A DNA stretch of 64,000 bases from Octopus vulgaris (Eukaryota). Shown one piece after another: positions 38,978 through 52,800 of this stretch. Below the pieces are notes generated by a model, which worked only from the letters and a program-made list of their open reading frames with translations, did not search any database and had not been told where the DNA came from. Positions within the stretch are counted from its first letter, which is position 1. Each line of letters opens with the position of its first letter. The translations under genes and the position numbers were made by a program. The stretch spans positions 35,278,001 through 35,342,000 of the forward strand of contig OX597824.1 in assembly GCA_951406725.2 (NCBI GenBank), written 5' to 3'.

Positions 38978-39257
38978 GTTGCAGTCTGGAACAGCCAAAT
39001 CTTAGTCAGTCAGTGGAGGGACTCCACTACCTCATATGTTCTTAAAATTTAAGTCCTCATCTTTGTCTATATATCTACCTTCTCTATAATGTTGCCACTT
39101 GATTTGAACATTTTTGTATTAATGGAAAACCTCTATAATTGGCTGATGAGTACTCAGCATTTTAAATCTGTTGTAATACTTACAACATTTAATAAAATGA
39201 TGTAGTACGAAATGATCGTACAAAATTACCGGAGTCATTCTTGTTGCTTATTTTGAT
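38978..39257 (+). mobile_element. 5'-truncated Penelope-like insertion in (TA)n
   Basis: (TA)n both sides; contains hammerhead; 5' end reads EQPNLSQ/SGGTPLPHMF across a frameshift, weakly like the PxLNxxxGxxLP end of Penelope GIY-YIG proteins. Confidence 0.65.
39136..39228 (+). ncRNA. Type I hammerhead ribozyme with 59-nt stem II; predicted cleavage after GUA (39220)
   Basis: CTGATGA-gtact..catttta..tgttgtaa tac ttacaaca..taaaatg..agtac-GAA-ATGATCGT-A; stem I imperfect. Confidence 0.8.
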
Positions 39258-39752
39258 TATATATATATACATGACTGGCTTCCACATAGTGTGCGTGCGT
39301 GCGTGTATTCATGTATGTTCTCTCTAACGACTGACGACCGGTGTTGCTTTTTTTACGTCCTCATAATTTGGCAGTTCGGCCAAAAAGACATTAAAAAATA
39401 AGTCCTTGGACTGATTTGTTTGCTTAAATCCTTCAAGGTAATGCCCGAGCATGTCCGCAGTCAAATGACTAAAACAAATAAAAGAGCGTTTGAGGAAAAT
39501 ATTTTCACTCAAAAGAAAAAAAAATCGCTATAAAACTGAGCTTTAGATCAGAAATTACAGTTTCAGTATTATTTCTACGCTGAGAGCTGAATCTTAAGCA
39601 GTTGAGTTGTTAAGATTGAAATGGGCATTAATAGGGTATACCTACCATCAAAAGCATTCTTATCATAATTACTCTGTCTTTTCTTCTCTGAAATAGTGTA
39701 TCGTGGACAACCGCATCTGGTGTGTCCTTTACTTTTAAAATAGTGAATATAT

Positions 39753-39985
39753 GGCGGCGAGCTGGCAGAATCGTTAGCACGCTGGGCGAAATGCTTAGTG
39801 GGATTTCGTCTGCCGGTACGTTCTGAGTTCAAATTCCGCCGAGGTTGACTTTGCCTTTCATCCTTTCAGGGTCGATAAATTAAGTGCCAGTTACGCCCTG
39901 GGGTCGATGTAATCGACTTAATCCCTTCGTCTGTCCTTGTTTGTCCCCTCTAATTTTAGCCCCTTGTGGGCAATAAAGAAATAAG
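39753..39985 (+). mobile_element. SINE family A (young) with 11-bp TSD
   Basis: atagtgaatat at 39740-39750 and 39986-39996. Confidence 0.95.
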
Positions 39986-40502
39986 ATAGTGAATATTTTA
40001 AATCTTGGGTTTCTCTCAGTTATTTCTCATGCCTTCTTTAAGGAGGAAGGTGAACCAGTGAGCTAAAGGAAAACCCCTTTACTTTTTTTCATTTCTAAAA
40101 CAATAAAAGTTAGTAGAAGGGCTACTTATTTTCCAATAGGGTTGGGCTATTACAAGTAGAATGATATTGCTTTATCTAAGGTCACAACACATTGACCGTA
40201 ACAAGAGTCTAAGCTAATGAAAAAAACCAGGTGCAGCCACTGTGCCTCTCTTTTGTTGAAGGTCGTGTGACACATCAATGCTGCTGAGGCGTTTGGATGA
40301 GGAGACAACTGTGATGTCACGACTTCTCAATCTAATGCACCAGACCAAGTAGCTGGGTAGAACGACCCTTCGTACTTAAGACCGTAAGGTGTTGTGCAAG
40401 AGTTTATGTTTTATTTCTAGTAAGCTGAATGATATGATAGATGCTCTCACGGAATAATGTTGTTGCTCTTGTTGTTGCTGCTTGTTTGTTTGTTTGTTTG
40501 TT

Positions 40503-40865
40503 GAGCTAAGCGGTCTTCGTCCCAGAGTGTAGTGGGAGAAGTCCGAAACGTGGTCCTTTGCTATTCGTAAGACCCGCAGAAGAGAAAGTAGGTCAACCCC
40601 CGACACCGAGAGCATCGACGGATGGATGAATGCGCACCCAGGCACAGCGGTTGCGTAGGAAGACGGGGACTAGAAACAGGAAGAAAGAGTGAGAGAAAGC
40701 TGGAGCGAAAGAGTACAACAGGGGTCACCACCACCCCCTGCCGGAGCCTCGTGCAGCTTTAGATGTTTTCGCTCAATAAACACACACAACGCCCGGTCTG
40801 GGAATCGAAACCGCGATCCTCCGATCGCGAGTCCGCTGCCCTAACCACTGGGCCATTGCGCCTCC
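40503..40865 (-). mobile_element. tRNA(Arg)-like SINE, full length (octopus OR-type)
   Basis: Head matches 3689-3811; inserted in TTG/TTTG repeats. Confidence 0.88.
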
Positions 40866-42684
40866 TGTTGTTGCTGCTGCCGCTGTAATTGTTGTTGTTT
40901 TTGTTGTTGATGTTGTTGTTGTTTAACCCCGGGTCTATTTTGGTTAAGTAAAGCTATAATCAAAAAGAGCCCCATCTCTTCAGACATATGTACATTTATA
41001 TGGTCCTCTATGTTCTTTCTTTACTTAAAACGATAGGCTGTGATTTGGGGGAATTTGACAGAAAAATGTGTGAATGGCAGCCGAATTGAAAAAAAGACTA
41101 AATTTAAAAGTTTAAGTAATCTGAGTTTGAGCAACAACTCACCTTCATCTCTACTTTTATATTAAACAACTACAAACAAATTTATGGTTAATTATACGTC
41201 TTTTTTTTTTCTTTTATCCAAATGAAGTTATTAACCTGCTTCTAGATCTGCAACAGAATCACAAAGAAGCAATATTTTCATATGATTTAGGATTTATCTA
41301 AATGAAAACTGTGATGAATGCCGATAGAACCAAAGTCTGCCTGCTAAATTCTTAAAACTATCCACTTCTAACTTAATATTTGTCGCAGTCTCTTTCTATT
41401 AGCGTGTGATATATCTAAAGATTGGTGACACTGTGACTTGAATCAGTATTTCCACAGATATGTTTGGTTTCTCAATGTATACTTATGCAAAAACTTAAAA
41501 TGTAATTCTTGTGCATAAAAATAGTATCGAAGAGAAGCAGTGAAAATGTACTTTTATCACAGTTCGAGACATCATAAAACGAAATAGCATACAGCAATGT
41601 AAATTGTTGGGGGACACGAGAAGAGTAAGCAGGTTGTTAACATATAAGTGCAAGAAGGTAAACCAGTGCATAGATATACAATAGAAATGGAGGTTTTTGT
41701 TATGTCTACTCGAAGTCAACAAACCAAAAAGAAAGAGGAAATATATACTTGATTCCCTTCTTGGAATTATAAAGCCATCGTCGTATAAATTTTCATTGTG
41801 ATGACAGTTTCTCTGTCCAATTCTTAATCCACAAAAATATTGCACCCACATTCTGACTTACGAGCGTCAAACTTTTTATAAAATGTGACCAAAGACCCTG
41901 AACTAACATTTGAAAATAAAATAATTCTTTGATCTCTTTTTATGTTCTCAAACAATAATTATTTTCGATATTTCGTTTTTCCAACTCACAAATATATCCT
42001 AACTGTTGGAATACTCAGTCCTTATACCAGACACATTTCTAATAATGATTTTTGTTATCTAAGAAACTCAAGCCTTATTCATGTCAGAAACTGTAGTCTA
42101 GCCATAAACGATAGTGTATTACTCCTACAGTTCACTCTTACAAGTCCACCCTCTTACAAATATTATTTTGTTTTTACGTTCAACCCCCATATAAGATTTA
42201 TGGTGTTGCTTGCTGAGCAACGGTGTTTTTCAGGCAAGTAGCTTTGCTTTTGATTAAAAGACACAACTGAAGAGACTGGTAATAATAGTTCTTTCTCTTT
42301 GCTAGTAGCATTCAAATCAAGCTTCCCTGCTTCTCCCTATTGACTACAAGGTAAAGAGTCTTTGTCCTGATCCCTATAGATCATAAATTACTTTTTTAGT
42401 TATCCCATTTGTAAAGAGCAAACGTTATTTGGGAAAATGGAAAGAGGTTATATAAAAACTGTAATAGCCTGCTTGGAAGATGAACTAACTAGAACGCAAT
42501 CACTTACTTATAATAGGTGCTGGTCTGTAATAACCACTCTTAGGATGATTGTTTATCTGATGGCAAAATGATAACAAGAAGCGTATTGATTCGAGACAAA
42601 GAATTATGTCTGGTCTTATCTTTAGACTTCAGGGTTCATTGTGTCATTCAATTTCTATCAAATGAAGGAAATAACTAATTGACC

Positions 42685-42883
42685 CACCGTCGGTCACGAC
42701 AGCGAGGTTTCCAGTTGATCCGATCAACGGAACAACCTGCTCGTGAAATTAACATGCAAGCAGCTGAGCACTTCGCAGGCATGCGTGCCCTTAACATAGT
42801 TCTCATGGAGAGTCAGCGGGACACAAAAGGTGACAAGACCGGCCCTTTGAAATACAGGTGCAACTCATTTTTGCCCAGCTGAG
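42685..42883 (-). mobile_element. 3' body of a SINE related to the 1423-1763 family
   Basis: caactcatttttgcccagctgag matches taactcatttctacagctgag at 1621; GC-rich body. Confidence 0.55.
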
Positions 42884-42922
42884 ATGACAATCATCAACTT
42901 AAAAGAAGTCTCTTATCAGATG

Positions 42923-43021
<99 letters not shown>

Positions 43022-43733
43022 GTGATTAACAATTAAACTGTTTGAAATGTAAAACCATACCGGTTTTATGCAGAAAGTTATCAATATTTTAAAACTAATC
43101 TGAGCAACAGACATTTCTGGAAATTTCCTATAATGCATCGCAATTTACTGAATCAAATTTATATGTATGATCAATGAAGCAATGAGAAAGTTCAAGTCCC
43201 TGATCATATATTTTCTTAAAACTGCCCTGCTGGAAATATCATGCTATAGTTTTCTCATCCAGCAGAAAAAAGATGATTCAGATTCTGGAAGAAGTACCCC
43301 AACTTGTTGAACGGGCTTGTCAAAAATAATTCTATTTATATTTTCCCTACACCACTGAGAAGAGAAATTATTCGAAAATCATCGCATTCGTCATTGCTAC
43401 TTTTTTTTCCCTCTGTAGAACACCTTCAATAACGCATTAGTAATCTTGAAAAATTCTATCCTTTACCCACGAATTACATCTAAGATTCCGAATAAGATCC
43501 AGCATCCTGTTCTCGATCTTTTGAGCACTTTTGTCGGAATCTCATCAGTGCCAAGAGCTTTTCTATTTTTAAATTTATACGAAGCAGCACTTGCTTTTTT
43601 GAAAGTAATGTAGATCAGCACGCAAGATTTTTATTGCAATTTACTGGAATTTGCTGAATAAACTGAAATTCGAGTGTATGTATGCATATATATATGTGTG
43701 TGTGTGTAGATATATATGTATATGAGTGTGTGC

Positions 43734-43776
<43 letters not shown>

Positions 43777-44590
43777 TACATACATACATACATATATGCA
43801 TACATACATACATACATACGCACACATACACACATACTCACGTGCACAAATACACACTCATACACACGTGCACACACACACATATATACACGCAGTGCAT
43901 GTGTTTGCTATAGTCTACAAAAGAAATATATAATTCCTTTGAATGTTATGCGTGTAACACAATATTCTATTGCTTTTATGCATTTTGGTAATTATTCTTT
44001 GAATACTCACATTAAAATCCCCCATTACATATAAATTCGGTAACTATGAAAAGAACATTTTATAAAATGCCGTTCATAAAATTACATAGAAAAAAGATAT
44101 GGATTTTGAAGTTAATTTGTAACTTATAGCTGCATGAAATGGCGGCTTCATCAAATTTTCCGCTTTATGCACGTTGAGGATAAAATTGGCTAATGCATGT
44201 CTACTCGGTGAATTCTTTTATCTTAATCCAGATCTAACTGATATTCTTTTTGTCACCATTTTTATGATACAAACGGGTTAAGAGTGGGCAGCGCCCTTCC
44301 AAGGTCTCCATATCTGGTGAGTGGAACAGAGGAGGTTATCATCGGATCTGGCAGGAATTCCTGCAATAGAATAGAATCGACTCAAGGCAGACATGAACCA
44401 AGAGGTAGTGTTAAACCGGGTGCCGGATTAACTCAACACTGAGAGTAAGAAAAATTTTCACAATTATACCACAGCCCCTAACTTTTACAGCATGATACGT
44501 GTTTATAACTTGGGCAGAATAAGCAAAAATTAGCTAAGTATATTGATGATATGCTCAACACTGTATATTGATGTATATGCTCAACACACG

Positions 44591-44822
44591 GGCGGCGAGC
44601 TGGCAGAAACGTTAGCACGCCGGGCGAAATGCGTAGTAGTATTTCGTCTGCCGTTACGCTCTGAGTTCAAATTCCGCCGAGGTCGACTTTGCCTTTCATC
44701 CTTTCGGGGGCGATAAAATAAGTACCAGTTATGCACTGGGGTCGATATAATCGACTTAATCCGTTTGTCTGTCCTTGTTTGTCCCCTCTGTGTTTAGCCC
44801 CTTGTGGGTAGTAAAGAAATAG
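44591..44822 (+). mobile_element. SINE family A (young) with 14-bp TSD
   Basis: atatgctcaacaca at 44575-44588 and 44823-44836. Confidence 0.95.
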
Positions 44823-44917
44823 ATATGCTCAACACAGTTCCTGTAACGGGTAATCTGCCTTCAAACAGACCAATAGATTCGGCAAGTTGTTTTTTTCTGA
44901 CAGCTCATACTTTCTAC

Positions 44918-44948
44918 CAGAGAGAGATAGAGATAGATAGAGAGAAGG

Positions 44949-44999
<51 letters not shown>

Positions 45000-45000
45000 T

Positions 45001-45060
<60 letters not shown>
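44918..45060. repeat. (AG)n microsatellite
   Basis: Direct inspection. Confidence 0.95.
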
Positions 45061-45061
<1 letters not shown>

Positions 45062-46097
45062 CTATAGAAATATAATAAATCAGACATTACTTTCAGAGAT
45101 TGACTGTAACATCCTAAAAGCCTGTTTCGAGATGATGGAAACGATGATGTGGCAGATAAAACGCATCAATCACAAAGTGTACACATTGTTAGATGTTGTT
45201 TCAAGATAAAATAACAATGACAAAGGCCACAACAACAACAACAATATTAATAACAGCAACAACAACAATGCAAAATACAAAATAATACGCATATCATCAC
45301 AAAGCAGTTGTAAATAAAGAACCGAACGAAATTTCACATCAATAATATATCAGACATGTTTAGCAAGGAAAAACTGATATTAACATAATACACAGCTATT
45401 CCAATCTCGTATATTCTTTCTCATTACTGTAAAACATTATAAATACGCACCCATTTACGGAGTTTGCTTTGGAGAAAGCGAAACAGTGAATAGTGCTTTG
45501 ACTGCAAAACCACTCTAGATTGGCTATTGAAACATAAATCCTTATCTACTCTAGCAGTGTGATTGCAGAAAAAGATACATATTTAATTTATGAAACCTCA
45601 TCTTGATCAAGTGGTTCATTCAATTGGCTAATAGATTAAAACGTATATTCGTTATAATCGTCGGGAAATTTCTGTAGAAATACACTATAATTCCAACAAA
45701 AGTATTTGTGTATAGTATGGTTAAGCAGAAAAATATGAATAGACCTTTGAACCTAATGGAATCGAAATTACATTATAACACTGTGTAACACGATTTTTGT
45801 TCTTGGGTAGCAACTATTATTTCCTATTTGCTTACGCCTAGAAAATATGAAAAATGGCTAATATTTCCTTCAAACTTTGCTTTTCTTACATTTATACAAA
45901 CCCGCAAAGAATCCCTCTCAACACGTGGCTATGATGCTCCCCCACTACTCCTGCTCATGATCAGAGATGCACATATTGTAGCCACTAAGGAATATGCTTA
46001 AGTGGTTATGGTCAAGCAACTGACATGCAAGTAAAGTGAATTCAAAAGTGGCGAACTAGCATGAACTCTTAGATCTTTTTTTATTATTTTATTTATT

Positions 46098-46317
46098 AAG
46101 GCAGCGAAATGACTTAGTCGTTACCGTCCTGCGCAAAATGCTTAGCAGCATTTCGCCTGTCTTCACGTTCTGAGTTTAAATTCTGCTGAGGTCGACTTTG
46201 CCTTTCATCTCTTTTAGGGCCGATAAAATAAACATCAGTAAAGCACTGGGGTCGATATAATTGACTTTAACTCTTTCCCGAAACTGTTGGCCTTGTGCTA
46301 AAATTTGAAACCGATAT
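46098..46317 (+). mobile_element. SINE family A (old type)
   Basis: Full head, body and old tail. Confidence 0.88.
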
Positions 46318-46360
46318 TACTTTATTCAACCTGTAACATACGTACTGTTTATGTCATATG

Positions 46361-46946
46361 AAGGCGGCGAGCTGGCAGAAACGTTAGCACGCCGGGCGAA
46401 ATGCGTAGCCGTATTTTGTCTGCCGTTACGTTCTGAGTTCAAATTCCGCCGAGGTCGACTTTGCCTTTCAGCCTTTCGGGGTCGATTAATTAAGTGTCAG
46501 TTACGCACTGGGGTCGATATAATCGACTTAAACCGTTTATCTGTCCTTGTTTGTCCTCTCTGTGTTTAGCCCCTTATGGGTAGTAAAGAAATAGGCATTC
46601 CGTCCGTCTTTATGTTCTGAGTTCAAATGTCACCGAGGTTCGACTTTGCCTTTCAGCCTTTCGGGGTCGATAAATTAAGTATCAGTTACGCACTGGGGTC
46701 GATATAATTTACTTAATCCGTTTATCTGTCCTTGTTTGTTCTCTCTGTGTTTAGCCCCTTGTGGGTAGTTAAGAAATAGGCATTCCGTCCGTCTTTACGT
46801 TCTGAGTTCAAATGTCACCGAGGTTTGACTTTGCCTTTCAGCCTTTCGGGGTTAATAAAATAAGTACCAGTTGAACGGTGGGGTCGAAGCAATCAACTTA
46901 CCCCTCTCTGGAAACTGCAGGCCTTGTGCCAAATTTGAAACCAATA
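46361..46946 (+). mobile_element. SINE family A trimer (young tail, young tail, old tail)
   Basis: Junction aaagaaata|ggcattccgtcc at ~46593 and ~46779. Confidence 0.92.
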
Positions 46947-47542
46947 TTTACGTCATACAAACATGCTTGAAACATTGTTGACGATGAGTTTACTGAACAC
47001 CAAAAATACATTATCAGTGAAGACCATTTCAAACGGTTTCAGAAATTTGCATAGGGGTTAAATACATGCATATGAGAGCTATTATTTGCCTGAACCAGAG
47101 CGGTTTACAAACAAAGTCTCTAATAATCAAGACACAACCCAGGAAAAAGAAATAGGAAAAACAAAAGCATTAACGTGATTTGGTTTGAGGAAATATTGGA
47201 TTTGATTCAATGGTAAAAATACCTCGAATATCAGATCGTGTAGAATTCCATGTGAAAATGTTGTTTGTAAGTGGAATAATAAAAGCGGACTCTAAAGGGA
47301 GAAAGCGATCCGACAAGGTTGAACTTGAGTAGATACTTGTCAAATTTATGATAAAGTTTCGGATCTCAAATAACATATCAAGTCTATGGATAGGTTTTCA
47401 CAATGACAAGTCATGTTCCGGCATTTAGTTCATTTTTCATGCGCGCGCGCGTGTGTGCAGGGGAGGTGGCGTTGAGTAGGTGTATTTGTGTGTGTATATG
47501 CATATCTACCTTTATAAATATATATACATACATGCAAACATG

Positions 47543-47616
<74 letters not shown>

Positions 47617-47652
47617 CATATATACATACATGCAAATATGTATGTAACGAAG

Positions 47653-47686
<34 letters not shown>

Positions 47687-47748
47687 AGACATCCATGAGT
47701 TGCTAGCGCAAGATTCTATTACTTAACTTGTAATATATTCCTACTTAA

Positions 47749-47960
47749 CGAGCTGGCAGAATCGTTACCGCGCCATTACAAAATAGCAGCATTTTGTCCA
47801 TCCTTATGTTCTGGGTTTAAATTCCGCCGAGGTCGACTTTACCTTTTATCCTTTCGGGGTCGATAAAGCAACTATCAGTTGAGCGCTGGGGGGGGGTCAA
47901 TGTAATCGACTTACCCTGTCCTCGAAATTGCTGGCCTTGTGCTAAAATTTGAAACTAATA
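47749..47960 (+). mobile_element. SINE family A (old type)
   Basis: Consensus match. Confidence 0.88.
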
Positions 47961-48393
47961 TTTTTCTACTTTTATAGTAAATTTGCGATTCAATTTCGAT
48001 CAGGATTGAAGCCATTTTACAAACGCCGCATTCGAGGAAAGTCATATATGTAACTGTATATAATATCGATATCATATACATATGAGTGTGAAGATACTGA
48101 AAAGATCAAAGTGCCTGATACCAACATTGAGGTTAGTGGTTCGTATGCTTCCACCGTCATTTTCTTCCGATTGTCACTGAGACAGTTTACTCAAGATAGT
48201 CCAATTCATCCATGCAAACGGTATGAGTTCATCGTTGACCTGCTGAGTGTTCAGTCTTGTCGACGGTGGTAAAACTCTTGAAATAGCAAACGTCCTCTTC
48301 GAAGAAATATTTATGATTTACTTAAAACCTCATTGACTAGGAACTGTGTTTCATACGTATGGATCATCTGTTTCGAAAAAATACCAATTTATT

Positions 48394-48875
48394 AATTTCA
48401 AATTTTGGCACAAGGCCAGGAATTTCGAGTGAGTTGGTATGCTGATTACAGCTATCCCAGTATTCAACTGGTAATTATTTTATCAACCCCGACAGGGTGA
48501 AAGGCAAAGTCAACTTCAGCAGAATTTGAACTCAGAATATAAAGACAGACGAAATCCCGCTAAGCACTTCGCATGGCGTGTTAACGATTCTGCCAGCACG
48601 CCGCCTTAAAAACCTATTTCTTTACTACCCACAAGGGGCTATACACAGAGGGGACAAACAAGGACAGACAAAGGGATTAAGTCGATTACATCGACCCATG
48701 CGTGACTGGTACTTAATTTATCGACCCATGCGTGACTGGTACTTAATTTATCGACCCCGAAAGGATGAAAGGCAAAGTCGACCTCGGCGGAATTTGAACT
48801 CAGAACGTAACGACAGACGAAATACGGCTACGCATTTCGCCCGGCGTGCTAACGTTTCTGCCAGCACGCCGTCTT
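48394..48875 (-). mobile_element. Old plus young SINE family A in tandem
   Basis: Flanked by aaataccaaYttatt (48379, 48876); young copy has a 30-bp internal tandem duplication at 48691-48750. Confidence 0.9.
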
Positions 48876-49137
48876 AAATACCAACTTATTGACGTTAGCA
48901 TACGAATATTCTGTGATCAGTCAAAATCTTACATTTCACTGTCTAGGCTTAAAATATATAAATTATTGTAAAATATGGAGGTGAGAGTCGAAAGGACACA
49001 ATAATCACTCTACAAGAATAAAGCAAAAAACTACAAGGAAACCATAACTACAAGACGCAAATGAAGATGATAAATCGTATAAGGTAAAACGTGTATATAT
49101 ATAACACACACACAAACACACACACACACACACACAC

Positions 49138-49229
<92 letters not shown>

Positions 49230-49230
<1 letters not shown>

Positions 49231-49392
49231 CGAATGGCGTCTTTCAGTTTCCGTCTACCAAATCCACTCACAAGGCTTTGGCCGGCTCGAGGCTATAGTA
49301 GAAGACACCTGCTCAAATTGCCACGTAGTTGGATTGAACCTGGAACCATGTGGTTGGTAAGCAAGCTATTTACCACACAGCCACGCCTGCGG
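49230..49392 (-). mobile_element. SINE family B, 5' half
   Basis: Consensus match. Confidence 0.9.
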
Positions 49393-49393
49393 C

Positions 49394-49430
<37 letters not shown>

Positions 49431-49436
<6 letters not shown>

Positions 49437-49593
49437 GTACGTATGTATGATTTTACTCTAATGTTCAAATCAATCTCAGACACAGACACAAAGACACACA
49501 CGCACATACACACACGCGCGCGCGCGCGCACACACATTCATACACACGCACGTGTACGTATGTATGATTTTATTCTAATGTTCAAATCAATCT
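49431..49593. repeat. Local duplication of a ~45-bp block within CA microsatellite
   Basis: gtgtacgtatgtatgatttta.tctaatgttcaaatcaatct occurs twice. Confidence 0.85.
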
Positions 49594-49884
49594 AGGACAA
49601 ATTTTGTCTTGATTATTTCAACTACGAGTTTCACTCTTCAAAGTTCGAGAGCTTGTTACGGAGAGCTGTTTTAAATCCTTATCTTATATACAGATAGCAG
49701 TTACTATAAGAAGAATTACAATATTCCCATGCAGTAACTGTTATTTGTAGTAGCATAATCTGAAATAGTAATACACTAATGTCTTATGTGGTCGCTGTGT
49801 CCAGCAATGAGAATAACATCGCATACGTATAAATAATTAAATGATTGATTTGGAGAAAATATACTTTAAAGTTAGAAGAAATAT

Positions 49885-50676
49885 TAATTTCAAATTCTGA
49901 CACAAGGCCAGCGATTTCGGAGCTGCAGAAATTTATCGATCCCGAAAGGGATGAAAGGCAAAGTCGACCTCGGCGGAATTTGAACTCAGAACGTAGCGGC
50001 AGACGAAATACCTATTTCTTTACTACGCACAAGGGGCTAAACACAGAGGGTACAAACAAGGACTGACACGGATTAAGTCGATTACATCGACCCCAGTGAT
50101 CAACTTGTACTTTTTTTATCGACTCCGAAGGAATGAAAGGCAAAGTAAACCCCGGTGATATTTGAACTCAGAACATAAAGGAGGACGAAATGCCGTTAAG
50201 CATTTTGCACGTAGTACTAACTGACCGCTTTAAAGTCAAAAAAATATTGGGTTTCACATTTTGGTACAAGGCCAGCAATTTTAAGGGAGGGCTAAGTCGA
50301 TTATATCGACCCCTGAGTCCAACTGGTACTTAGTTTATTGACCCCGAAAGAATGAAAGGCAAAGTCGACCTCGGTGGAATTTGAACTCGGAACGTAAAGA
50401 CAGGTGAAATGCCGCTAAACATTTTGTCCGGCGTGCTAACGATTATTATTTCTTTACTACCCACAAGGAGCTAAACACAGAGGGGATAAACAAGGACAGA
50501 CAAACGGATTAAGTCGATTACATCGACTCCTGTGCGTAACTGGTACTTAATTTATCGACCCCGAAAGGATGAAAGGTAAAGTCGACCTCGGCGGAATTTG
50601 AACTCAGGACGTAACGGCAGACGAAATACGGCTACGCGTTTCGCCCGGCGTGCAAACATTTCTGCCAGCTCGCCAC
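49885..50676 (-). mobile_element. Cluster of four SINE family A units including an old/young chimera
   Basis: Units 49885-50011, 50012-50225, 50250-50444 and 50445-50676. Confidence 0.88.
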
Positions 50677-52002
50677 TCTTGTCAGGAGAAATATTAAACT
50701 AAATGAATGAAATATTTATGAATCTAGTATGTAAGTTGTAATAAACTCTTTTATAGTAACCGACTGACAATTTAGTTATTACCAATCAGCAACAATCATG
50801 CAAATGAAATTTCTATGAGACATCAAATAGATAATTTGGTATAACTCTAATCTAAATGTTATATCTACGAATATTTGGAGTTGAAATATAGGTTTTTGAC
50901 CAACCAAATAATTTTACTGTTTTCGTGCGCTGACTCTAAATACCGCCCCTTTTTTTCTGGCAACTATTTTCAGGTTTGGTTTCATCTAACATATTCATCT
51001 ATTTTGAAGGCGGTATGATGAAATTAGATTTCGATGCTATTTCTAACGAATCAATCGATTACGTGGATGTTCTTTCGGTATTTACAAGATTAGAGAAAAT
51101 AGTGATAAAAATTTCTTTTGAAATGTTACCAGAGTAAACCATATTTCAGTTTACAATGACTGAAGCAACCATGCAATTATTTCAATAAAATAAAAGAAAA
51201 AACGTTTCAGGCCCTTTTTTTTCTGCGTGAATTTTCGGTCCAAGGATAGTTATTTATGAAGTTCCACTCGACATCTTTCTCTTGGCTGTTTTATTACTTA
51301 CTGCATTCCGCTCTCTATTAGATATTGCAGCTCATCTCTGTTTTGCCGGAACAAACATATTTTATATTGAAATCATACTTTTATCGTAAATCAACAAATG
51401 TTTAATGGAAATATTGATATATGAATTGGACTTCCATGGACAGAAAGGAAATAAGGTATCGAATAACACGTTCAGGATAAAAATTATCAGTTGTTGAAAC
51501 TTTGTATTCGACAGCAAATACAGAAATCACAGTTGTACAAGCAGTCAGTTACGAAGGAATTTGTAGATCCCAGACTGGAATAATGTAATAAGAGTGGTTA
51601 AATAGAAATAATAAACCACAAATGAAAGAACGGAGCGAAATATAGAGCTTGTGCACACACAAAGATATAAAGAACATTAATGTTTCGATGGGGGAAAAGA
51701 AAAACAATACAACGAATAGAACAATATTTTAAGCTCTCTGTTGTCGTTGATAGAAACTTAATATCTAAAACGAATGGAAATGATGATGGTGGAGAACGGT
51801 TAAGAGACTTGCAGCTTCTACACCAGATCATCTCACCTTTCAACAAACATACCAGCGAGGGAGTTTCTTAAGTAATCGCTTGACCTGCTAAAAAATCAGC
51901 CAAATCTCCCTTCAGTTTCAGCATATGAAAAAGTAAATATATACATTGGATAATGTAATCATGGATATACACAGAGACGGAATGAGTCTGCTCATTTAGC
52001 AT

Positions 52003-52426
52003 AGGCGGAAGCGTGGCTGTGTGGTAAGAAGCTTACTTCTCAACCACGTGGTTCTGGGTTCAGTCCCACTACGTGGCACTTCGGGCAATGTCTCCGGTTA
52101 TAGCCCCGGGTCGACCAAAGCCTTGTGAGTGAATTTGGTAAATGGAAACTGAAAGAAGCCCGTCGTATATATATATATATATATATATATACATGTGTGT
52201 GTGTCTTTGTTTATATGTTTGTGTCCCCTCCCCTGCACCGGTGGTTGCGTGTTTACGTCCCAGTAACTTAGCGGTTCGGCAAAAAGAGACCGATAGAATA
52301 AGTATCAGGCTTTTAAAAGTAAGTACTGGGGTCGATACATTCAACTAAAATTTTTTTTTAATTCTTCAAGGTGGTGCCTCACCATGACTGCAGTCTAATG
52401 ACTGAAACAGTAAAAGATAAAAGATA
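52003..52426 (+). mobile_element. SINE family B, full length
   Basis: Head, internal (TA)n/(TG)n, (taaaaga) tail. Confidence 0.92.
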
Positions 52427-52800
52427 GGTCTAAGCACTCAATAATTACTTAAATGTGTTTTACAATAGAATGCTGTCCAGACATTGTGTACATTAAAATA
52501 CTTGATTTATATACTGTAAAGTCTTCAGCTATCTAATCTTTCGTCTCATATCAGAAGGATCTGAAATATTATTAGCGTTGCCTCTTTTTCATCAAATTAA
52601 TAAACAGAAAGGAATCATGGCCATCATTATTTTGAAACCATTTCAAACAGTAGCCAACGGTTTGATTTTTGTTTTAACTTAGACCAAACATACGCATGAA
52701 ACAGTTCTCTTTCAGTTTCTGTAAGAATAATGAGAAATACCTGGTCACATAGAATATCATTTCGCTCTGAGTATTCCCTGACAAATTGAGTATGCTTATT

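Larger units (their letters stand above)
38790..39485 (+). mobile_element. Old SINE family B split at its central (TA)n by a hammerhead-bearing insertion
   Basis: Head 38790-38954, 3' half ~39300-39485. Confidence 0.78.

Noticed and set aside
43483-43550. Minus-strand CTGATGA followed by gattccga/tcggaatc stem
   Set aside because: Stem is followed by TTAG rather than GAAA, so the core is incomplete
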